Source: an uncultured Candidatus Berkelbacteria bacterium
Lineage (GTDB): Bacteria > Patescibacteriota > UBA1384 > CAILIB01
Length of the DNA: 64,000 bases
NCBI GenBank assembly: GCA_903834195.1
Contig: CAILIB010000029.1
Span: 7,715-71,714 of the forward strand
Direction: 5' to 3'
The position numbers and the translations under genes are program-made. The notes beneath the pieces are model-generated. The model did not search any database, was not told the DNA's origin, and saw only the letters and a program-made list of their open reading frames with translations. Positions 27,604 through 34,476 of the stretch are shown piece by piece. Position 1 is the stretch's first letter, and every line of letters begins with the position of its first letter.

Positions 27604-27885
27604 ACTCAAGGAGGTCACAACATGGGTTTCTAGCACAACTAGAATCGGCGTTCGGCGCTCGAGATAGGTACAACCCTTCTCCAGCGCCCTCGTAAACCAT
27701 GATCTGCACCACCGAATGAGAAAAGCAAAAGATACCACACAAATAGGAGGTGTGTTATGAGCTACAACTAAAACCGCGCTAAGCGCATAAACAAATCAGG
27801 ACTAATGTCCGGATCAAAAAAAGAAGCCATTTAGGCACCTTGGGACCCATAGCACGCAACGAAGCAGCTAGGGTCCCTTTTATTT
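27604..27885 (+). ncRNA. Candidate ~280-nt small RNA / mini-ORF transcript (unknown family)
   Basis: Bounded by the consensus promoter above and the terminator GGGACCC(27842-48)...GGGTCCC(27871-77)+TTTTATTT. Internal hairpins at 27630-42, 27654-88, 27776-86 and 27796-813. Two SD-led mini-ORFs (27622-33 MGF*, 27757-71 MSYN*). Confidence 0.5.
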
Positions 27886-28651
27886 ACTTCTCTTTTCTCA
27901 ACTTTGCCCCATCCCACGCCAGTGAAAAAATCTGCGCAACTGTATTGGCAATTTCTGGGCTTTGAATCAGTACACCAAAGTGGTTTTTATTTGTGTAATT
28001 GAAAAACTTAATTCCCCAATCTGTGAACACTGTTAATGAACCTTCAAGAAGTAGCTCCCCCGGCAAAAAGTGAATTGCCTCACGGAGCTCTTTTTTATTT
28101 TGAGCTTCAGTAAGCATTTCCTTGCTTACATAAATAACCTTAGAGTGGATTCCTCGTTCTACTCGAGTATTAACCGTCTGTTTACGTTGCTGGGGAAACG
28201 TTTCTACCACAATATCCAAAGGAGAAATGGTAAGCATCTCAGTATCAGAGGTCATCTGATCACTGCCGTAGTTCTCAAGCTCAACCAACCCATCTTTACC
28301 CTCAAAGAACCGAACTACGGGCTTATCAGAGCGAAAATTGTACATCGCCTCAAGCTGGGTGATATTTGCCTTCAGGTCAGAACGATGTGCCTCAAGCTCA
28401 GCAATATGAGTATCAACCAACTGTTCGAGAACTGCTGGGTGCTCGGCACGGAAGTAACTTCGCTTACCTTCAGGTGCTTCTTTCAAAAGACCAAGTTTGG
28501 AGAGACGCTCCAAAATAACGTACACCGTGACCCGCTTAATACCGGTTTTTGTAGCCACATCTTGCACACTAGCTGTACCCAACTGCAAAAGTGCCAAGTA
28601 GGTAGCTGCTTCTTTGTCTGAAAGCCCAAGTTTTTGTAAGAGTTCTTGCAT
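27884..28651 (-). CDS. TrmB-family transcriptional regulator
   Basis: N-terminal wHTH LLQKLGLSDKEAATYLALLQLGTASVQDVA..GIKRVTVYVILERL. The start is set to ATG 28651, which fits the promoter geometry. Confidence 0.8.
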   Translation of the reverse strand: MQELLQKLGLSDKEAATYLALLQLGTASVQDVATKTGIKRVTVYVILERLSKLGLLKEAPEGKRSYFRAEHPAVLEQLVDTHIAELEAHRSDLKANITQLEAMYNFRSDKPVVRFFEGKDGLVELENYGSDQMTSDTEMLTISPLDIVVETFPQQRKQTVNTRVERGIHSKVIYVSKEMLTEAQNKKELREAIHFLPGELLLEGSLTVFTDWGIKFFNYTNKNHFGVLIQSPEIANTVAQIFSLAWDGAKLRKEK

Positions 28652-28657
28652 GAATAC

Positions 28658-28686
28658 AGTATACATAATCCGTATACTTTTATCAA
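28658..28686 (-). promoter_or_regulatory. Promoter of the TrmB gene, leaderless geometry
   Basis: On the minus strand: TTGATA (28686-81) - 17 nt - TATACT (28663-58) - 6 nt - ATG 28651, with no SD. Confidence 0.65.
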
Positions 28687-28757
28687 TAAGTGACAATATT
28701 AAATATACTTTCTAATCTTTAAAGTATAAATAAAATACATTGTAATTATAAAACCTC

Positions 28758-28786
28758 TTGACATAATTCAATTTTGCGGGTATACT
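28758..28786 (+). promoter_or_regulatory. Consensus sigma70-type promoter, divergent from the TrmB gene
   Basis: TTGACA (28758-63) - 17 nt - TATACT (28781-86). Confidence 0.7.
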
Positions 28787-28902
28787 GCCGTTTGTCAGTT
28801 GAAAAGGGAGTGAGTACGCAATGAACCGGCCTAAACAATTATCGGCTTGGCTTGCCTCACCCTTTTCAACAAAAGACGAGCTCATTAAAAACTCGACCAC
28901 CT

Positions 28903-28952
28903 GGAGGCGCTGGCGCTTTTCTAAGTCAGGTTCGATTCCTGCCGCCTCTCCA
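28903..28952 (+). other. tRNA-like minihelix (acceptor stem + T arm + CCA) lacking D and anticodon arms
   Basis: GGAGGCG (28903-09) pairs with CGCCTCT (28943-49). The T-arm-like CAGG-TTCGATT-CCTG is identical in loop and most of the stem to the tRNA-Arg T arm at 311-327. It is followed by CCA (28950-52). Confidence 0.5.
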
Positions 28953-29097
28953 ATCTTCGGCTGTCCGTTCCAGACTGCCCCTCCTTCCAGCTTATAAAAA
29001 TTTCTAAGTTGAAAGGAGGGGTCAGTGATGGAGTCTAAAAGATGCGATGCGACTTGTTCGTAACCCTCTATGTATGACAACTCATACCTGGAGCGTT

Positions 29098-29493
29098 ATG
29101 AACAAAATCGTATCCCTCATTTTCGTCACTGCCTTGGGTTTCAGCCTCATGGGATGCGATAATGCCCCGAAGCTGAACGTGCATCGCCTCGACGGCATCA
29201 CTGCCGCACAGCTTCCGGTCTCCCCCCAGGCCGAAAGCGATGAGCCGCTGGCATCAGGTGCCTTGAAGGGCCTGTACAGCATGGGGGCTGGTATCCCAAA
29301 TACCAAGGAAGTACCCGACCTTCGCGTCCGTCAGGTTACTTCGAATCGAAAGACGCGTTGCGCCGTCGAGATCATTGATAAGGATGGAAACATCCTGATG
29401 CATGAAGTCTACGATAAGCAGTTGGATGGTCAGGAAACCGCTGAGAATGATGCAGTGGAATTCGCCAACCGCTATCGACGGCGTAAAAGGTGA
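29098..29493 (+). CDS. Small lipoprotein, orphan (GC3-rich codon usage)
   Basis: MNKIVSLIFVTALGFSLMGC lipobox. GGAG lies upstream. Codon choice (CTG, GCC, CCG) differs from neighbouring genes. Confidence 0.6.
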   Translation: MNKIVSLIFVTALGFSLMGCDNAPKLNVHRLDGITAAQLPVSPQAESDEPLASGALKGLYSMGAGIPNTKEVPDLRVRQVTSNRKTRCAVEIIDKDGNILMHEVYDKQLDGQETAENDAVEFANRYRRRKR

Positions 29494-29573
29494 CCGTTTT
29501 TCCCTTCAGAGAATTGCTCGTGGCATTCTCTGCTTACCTGAGCTCCTCAACATATTGAGTGGTTCAGCGAGTA

Positions 29574-29767
29574 TGGGTAAAACCAACAAGGGCCGCGGGG
29601 TCCGTATTCCCGCCGAGTATTCTGGATTACTCGAAAACAATCCAGCGTTGGCAGCGCAGATCCGTAAAATCTACGCCGAGTTTCCGGAGTATAGAGGGAA
29701 ACCTCGCCGGGTTCTCACCACCCCGCCAACACCCGGTTCACGCCGGTATCCTTACCTTAAAAAGTAA
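29574..29767 (+). CDS. Small basic hypothetical protein (64 aa)
   Basis: ATG 29574 within track ORF 29402..29767. No recognisable domain. Confidence 0.35.
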
Positions 29768-29916
29768 GCGGAAGTAGACCGGATCTACACCCCCTGAGGC
29801 GGCGAAAGCTGTTCCTCTCTGTCCCCGGGTACCGGGCTGAAGAGTTGGTGAAATCCTAACGAAACAGGGTCAGATGCGCATCAGTACTGATGCAAGATCT
29901 GAAAGGAGGAAAATCG

Positions 29917-30057
29917 ATGCAGATAACAAGTGTCTATATGCCCGGCATTGGGACGCTACGCTTTCTTGATAGAAACGGGGAAACCAGATTCTACAGCAAG
30001 GAAGACCCCCGTTTGTTCTCCCTTCAACTAGATAGTCCAATTATTGGAAGCTCTTGA
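29917..30057 (+). CDS. Small hypothetical protein (46 aa)
   Basis: AAAGGAGGA lies 6 nt upstream of ATG 29917. Below the ORF-track size cutoff. Confidence 0.4.
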   Translation: MQITSVYMPGIGTLRFLDRNGETRFYSKEDPRLFSLQLDSPIIGSS

Positions 30058-30302
30058 GAAGCCCCATGAAAAATTAATGAAAATGAAATTAATAGATTAT
30101 GAAAGCGTATTATTTGCCCACGGACCTGGACAAATACAATAAACTATGCTACTATGTCACAGTCTTACCGTGCCATATCCTTCCATATAAATTTGCGCCT
30201 GAAACGCGCTGGTCGAAAGTAGTATGAGATTGAGGGAAGCATTATCGTAAGCGTTAGCTAACCTATTTTTATTATCTTATACTGCTCGTATATTAAACTC
30301 GT

Positions 30303-30680
30303 ATGAAGAAACTTTACATCGGCAATTTGTCGTACAACACAACTGAAGATACCATCGTTGCCTTTTTGGCATCAGTCCTTCCAGAAGGAACAGACGCTAC
30401 TACGGTTATCACCAAAGTAGAACTGATCCCTGGTGAGACTACTCCTAACAAGGGGTTTGGTTTCGCAGAAATCGCTGACGACGCGATTGCAGAAACAATG
30501 ATCCAACAGCTTGACGGTCAAGAAGTTGACGGTCGCCCACTACGTATTAACGAGGCTCGTCCAAAGACAGATCGTCCACGTACTGGTGGTGGTTACAATG
30601 GCGGCGGCGCAAGTCGTGGCGGTTATAACGGCGGTGGTTCATCATCGTCTTACGGCGGCGGAAATCGTCGTAGCTACTAA
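30303..30680 (+). CDS. RRM-type RNA-binding protein with Gly-rich tail
   Basis: RNP2 LYIGNL, RNP1 KGFGFAEI, C-terminal GGGYNGGG repeats. Confidence 0.9.
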   Translation: MKKLYIGNLSYNTTEDTIVAFLASVLPEGTDATTVITKVELIPGETTPNKGFGFAEIADDAIAETMIQQLDGQEVDGRPLRINEARPKTDRPRTGGGYNGGGASRGGYNGGGSSSSYGGGNRRSY

Positions 30681-30700
30681 TCCCTCTGGATTAGAAAGCG

Positions 30701-30733
30701 AAAAAGAGGCTCCTCACGGAGCCTCTTTTTTTG
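30701..30733 (+). terminator. Rho-independent terminator of the RBP gene
   Basis: AGAGGCTCC-TCAC-GGAGCCTCT followed by T6, with an A-tract upstream. Confidence 0.85.
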
Positions 30734-30740
30734 TTCTACG

Positions 30741-30818
30741 GAAGTAGCATATCTTTCACTGCCTCCGCATCCCGAGTACTTTCGGGGAGGACAAGTAGTG
30801 AAAAGATGTACTACTTTT
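30741..30818 (-). repeat. Long hairpin, copy 3 of the conserved-core family (core inverted)
   Basis: Imperfect ~20-bp stem (30742-60 / 30797-816). The core at 30761-30796 is the reverse complement of ACTTGTCCTCCCCGAAAGTACTCGGGATGCGGAGGC. Confidence 0.75.
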
Positions 30819-31041
30819 TCGTACGGATCATCTCAAGCTCAAGGTGAATATATCCAATCCCCATCACCACTATTCCCGCAATAAACTTTGCGAGCGGGTT
30901 ATGAAATGAATAATCGCCAAAGTAATTAAATAACCATTCAACACCACCAAGTGCAAAAATTGTTGCACCAATCAGAATAAACCCTAAGGCAACTGGGTAA
31001 AAATAAGCTTTGTCCGCTTCAAATTTGTGGTACTTGTACAT
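30811..31041 (-). CDS. Small two-TM membrane protein
   Basis: 76 aa, two hydrophobic helices, no recognised family. Confidence 0.5.
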   Translation of the reverse strand: MYKYHKFEADKAYFYPVALGFILIGATIFALGGVEWLFNYFGDYSFHNPLAKFIAGIVVMGIGYIHLELEMIRTKK

Positions 31042-31116
31042 ACGTAATGTGTTATATATTTACCAATACTATACGCCTGCCGTAGAAAAGTACGTAATTT
31101 CTGCTACCATCTCACC

Positions 31117-32034
31117 ATGTCACTTCACAAAAACCCGCGTCGCGCTGCCCTAGTCATAAACACTCACTCTCGCAAGGCAGAGCGAACATTTTTTATGGTG
31201 TTAGATAAACTTGAAGCTGCCGGTGTCATTGTTACCGACTTGTTTCCAGTCCGTAACCCAGATCATCTTTCCAAAGCAGTTGAAAAAGCTATTGCCCAAG
31301 GCAATCAATTAATAATTATTGGTGGTGGAGATGGGACAATTAGCGCTATGTCGGGTCACTTTGTAAACCGAGATGTAACTCTCGGCATCCTACCGCTTGG
31401 CACAGCAAATAGTTTCATTAAAAGTCTTGGTATCCCGACAGGAATTGACGCAGCGATATCTGTACTAGCACAAGGCAAAGAAGAGCGAATTGATGTGGGA
31501 AGCATTAATGGAACCTACTTTGCTAACGCCCTCTCCTATGGATACACAACACTCGTTGCGTACAATACTTCCACCCGCATGAAACGTGTACTTGGAATTG
31601 CAGCGTACGCACTTGAAGGCTTTATTCAGGCGCTTCGTGCTCGCCCATTCACAATTGATGTAACGTGTGACGGAGTTGCGACACGTCTAACTACCTACCA
31701 GGCGATTGTGGCAAACGGAACGTTTTACGGACCCACAACACTGGCACGCTCGGCCACACTAAATAGTGGAAAACTCGTACTGCTTACAATGCAAAACATG
31801 CACCGCCGCACCCTCCTTCACGCATGGATTACTACCCTATTCGGCAAAAGCCTAGCAAGCCAAACAACCCTTACCATAACAGGTAAAGAAATTGAAATAA
31901 CACCAAAACCAGCTCAAGCCATTACAGTTGATGGTGAAATACTTCACGCGAATACGTTAATCCTCAAAATTCATCCAGAAGCGATTAAGGTACTCGTTCC
32001 AGCAAACTTCCAGAAGAAAAAGCGGGCCTCTTAG
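31117..32034 (+). CDS. YegS/BmrU-family lipid (diacylglycerol) kinase
   Basis: DAGK catalytic motif LIIIGGGDGTISA and GILPLGTANSF. Confidence 0.85.
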   Translation: MSLHKNPRRAALVINTHSRKAERTFFMVLDKLEAAGVIVTDLFPVRNPDHLSKAVEKAIAQGNQLIIIGGGDGTISAMSGHFVNRDVTLGILPLGTANSFIKSLGIPTGIDAAISVLAQGKEERIDVGSINGTYFANALSYGYTTLVAYNTSTRMKRVLGIAAYALEGFIQALRARPFTIDVTCDGVATRLTTYQAIVANGTFYGPTTLARSATLNSGKLVLLTMQNMHRRTLLHAWITTLFGKSLASQTTLTITGKEIEITPKPAQAITVDGEILHANTLILKIHPEAIKVLVPANFQKKKRAS

Positions 32035-32327
32035 CGCCGAGGTGGACGAATACACACTCGAGCAACTCCTACAAAAAGCAGGCAAATACCCACCCAAGCT
32101 AACGTCACCCAAAGTGCAGCAGCAACGTATGGCAAACCTGCAAGTTCAAAGAAGAGTGCAAGACTCAACCCTGCAAGTACCCACAACATACAAAATGCAG
32201 CAACAACTGCAGCACCTACACCGGTAAGCAATCGGCGCAGGTACGGAGCAACCGGCGCAAAGGCACGACGAAGTGAACTTTCAATGAGATCTGGAATCTG
32301 ACTGAATAATGAATCGAAGAGAGCCAT
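32031..32327 (-). CDS. YqjE/holin-X-like small membrane protein
   Basis: Two TM helices. Follows a DUF883-like gene, as in yqjD-yqjE arrangements. Confidence 0.5.
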   Translation of the reverse strand: MALFDSLFSQIPDLIESSLRRAFAPVAPYLRRLLTGVGAAVVAAFCMLWVLAGLSLALFFELAGLPYVAAALWVTLAWVGICLLFVGVARVCIRPPRR

Positions 32328-32330
32328 CTC

Positions 32331-32651
32331 CTACTCCTTCTTACGATTCATCATCATTACTCCAACAACTGCACCTGCAACCGCGGCAGCTACTGCGGCA
32401 ACTTGCCAAGGATTTTCTTCAACATACTCAGCCGCTTGTTTACTGAGAGTTTGCGCCTTTTTCTTAGCATCACTCCCAGCATCTTTAAGATGATCTACAA
32501 CATCCTTTACCCAAGCATCTGCAGAATCTACATACGAATCTGCAACCTCTTCAGCGTGATCGATTTTCTGTGAACTAAGCACTTTAAGCTTCTCTGCCAT
32601 ACTCGCAACTTGAGCTCGAAGTTCTTCTATCTCTTTCTGATGTTTGTCCAT
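32331..32651 (-). CDS. DUF883 (ElaB/YqjD-like) tail-anchored protein
   Basis: Helical N-terminus, ENPWQVAAVAAAVAGAVVGVMM C-terminal anchor. Confidence 0.65.
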   Translation of the reverse strand: MDKHQKEIEELRAQVASMAEKLKVLSSQKIDHAEEVADSYVDSADAWVKDVVDHLKDAGSDAKKKAQTLSKQAAEYVEENPWQVAAVAAAVAGAVVGVMMMNRKKE

Positions 32652-32867
32652 GGTACTCCTTGGTTAGTTGTACTATACCCTAGTGCTACACCTCTGGACT
32701 CGATCCGTCAAGGAATATTATCGGCTTTCTTCAAAAAATACTCGAGACGTGCTAGAGTGTTTCTATACTCCCGATGCAAGATCTCCTTCTCAGCATATTC
32801 TCAGTATGACCTTCTTTACTTATACAGGATTCAGAACTACATCTAACCTGAATGGAATTCCACGACG

Positions 32868-33101
32868 ATGAAGCAAATTTCACTGCCAAAGATCTCAACT
32901 CGCTCATCCTTGTGGTTATTAGTGCCACTCGTTTTTACGCCTCATTTTGCCCACGCCTACCTTGATCCAAATACAGGTAGTTACGCAATTCAAATTGCCG
33001 TTGGAGCACTTTTCGGCGCAGCATACGGCTTTCGAACCTTCTCCGCCCGCGTTGTAAGTTGGTTTAAAGGAACCCGCAAGAAGAAAAATCCTGATGCCTG
33101 A
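32868..33101 (+). CDS. Small membrane protein with YLDPNTGS motif
   Basis: Signal/TM, then YLDPNTGSYAIQ, a second TM and a basic tail. Overlaps the next gene by 8 nt. Confidence 0.55.
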   Translation: MKQISLPKISTRSSLWLLVPLVFTPHFAHAYLDPNTGSYAIQIAVGALFGAAYGFRTFSARVVSWFKGTRKKKNPDA

Positions 33102-34476
33102 ACGCCCTGTCCTTCCCCATCCGGCCTCGTTCCGAGATCCGAGTGGGTACATTTTTACCCAACAGGGCAGTATTTTTCGTGCAGTGTCAAAATCGTACCA
33201 ATCAGAGTACGATCTTTTGATGTCGAGTAACCTTTATGTCCACCTGATTGAACAAAACGTACTCATCCCCCACCAAGAAGTTTCGACACCAACGGTTCGA
33301 GATGCGTACAAGGTTCTCAAACCTGAAATGGTTCAGTTTATTTCTTACCCATACGAATGGTCGTTTAGTCAGCTGAAAGATGCTGCGCTTACAACCTTAG
33401 AAATTCAAACTCAGGCACTGAACCATGGCATGTCACTTAAAGATGCGAGTGCCTATAATATTCAGTTTCACAACGGCACGCCAACACTTATCGATACTCT
33501 TTCGTTTGAATCATACAAAGAGGGCCAACCTTGGGTGGCATACCGCCAGTTCTGTCAGCATTTCCTCGCTCCACTTGCTCTCATGGCGCATGTAGATCTT
33601 CGTCTTGGGACACTCTCGGCGAAATACATCGATGGCGTGCCACTCGACCTCGCAGTGAGTCTTCTTCCCGGTAAAACAAAATTCTCTCTTGGTCTTGGAA
33701 CACATATTCATCTCCATGCACGGAGCCAACACAAGTACGCTGACACATCACTCAAATCTACTCCTAAAGGTCAGTTACACAAAAACCAGTTAAACGGGTT
33801 ACTCCTTAGTTTACGATCGTCAATTTCAGCACTTACTCTGCCAAAACAGAAAACTGAGTGGGGAAATTACTACGACAACACAAACTACACCGATAACAGT
33901 CGAACGATAAAAGAAAAAACTGTACGTGAATGGATCACAGCACAGAAACCAAAAACAGTCTGGGATGCCGGTGCAAATGACGGTACATTCAGTCGACTTG
34001 CATCAGCACAGGGAATTTTTACCGTAGCAAGCGATATAGACCCGCTCGCAGTTGAGCGGTCCTATCAACATAATAAGCAAAGTGGCGAACGCTTGTTACT
34101 TCCGCTCATTATCGACCTTACCAATCCAAGTCCGGCTATTGGCTGGAGAAATACCGAGCGAGACTCATTCTTAAAGCGCGGTCAGCATGATTTAACACTC
34201 GCACTTGCTCTTATTCACCACCTAGCAATTGCAAACAACCTTCCCCTGGAACACATTGCTGATTTCTTCCATTCTCAAACCAAGAATCTTATTATTGAGT
34301 TCGTTCCCAAAGAAGATTCAAACACTCAACGCCTTCTTAGCGCACGAGAAGATATTTTCCCGAACTATACTGTTGAAGGTTTTGAGAAAGCGTTTAGCAC
34401 TCACTTCACCACCAAAAAACGTCTAAAAATTAAAGATAGTAGCCGCATACTCTATCTATTAGAGTCAAAGCCGTAA
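33094..34476 (+). CDS. SAM-dependent methyltransferase-like protein with a large N-terminal domain
   Basis: C-terminal half has motif I VWDAGANDGTFS and ASDIDP. The N-terminal domain is of unknown function. Confidence 0.6.
   Translation: MPERPVLPHPASFRDPSGYIFTQQGSIFRAVSKSYQSEYDLLMSSNLYVHLIEQNVLIPHQEVSTPTVRDAYKVLKPEMVQFISYPYEWSFSQLKDAALTTLEIQTQALNHGMSLKDASAYNIQFHNGTPTLIDTLSFESYKEGQPWVAYRQFCQHFLAPLALMAHVDLRLGTLSAKYIDGVPLDLAVSLLPGKTKFSLGLGTHIHLHARSQHKYADTSLKSTPKGQLHKNQLNGLLLSLRSSISALTLPKQKTEWGNYYDNTNYTDNSRTIKEKTVREWITAQKPKTVWDAGANDGTFSRLASAQGIFTVASDIDPLAVERSYQHNKQSGERLLLPLIIDLTNPSPAIGWRNTERDSFLKRGQHDLTLALALIHHLAIANNLPLEHIADFFHSQTKNLIIEFVPKEDSNTQRLLSAREDIFPNYTVEGFEKAFSTHFTTKKRLKIKDSSRILYLLESKP

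Noticed and set aside
27544-27742. Minus-strand track ORFs 27544..27738 and 27560..27742
   Set aside because: They are antisense to a unit with a consensus promoter and terminator on the + strand. They have no start-site signals and overlap each other in different frames.
28793-28952. Tested whether the tRNA-like element is the end of a tmRNA (standard or permuted)
   Set aside because: The complementary acceptor strand lies only 16 nt upstream of the T arm, so there is no room for tag ORF or pseudoknots. There is no G3.U70 pair, no alanine-rich tag reading frame nearby, and no downstream 5' acceptor strand as a permuted gene would need.
28712-29080. 122-aa minus-strand track ORF (TTG start)
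   Set aside because: It runs antisense through the consensus + strand promoter, the long hairpin and the tRNA-like element, and into the TrmB promoter region. It has no SD and reads as translated structured RNA.
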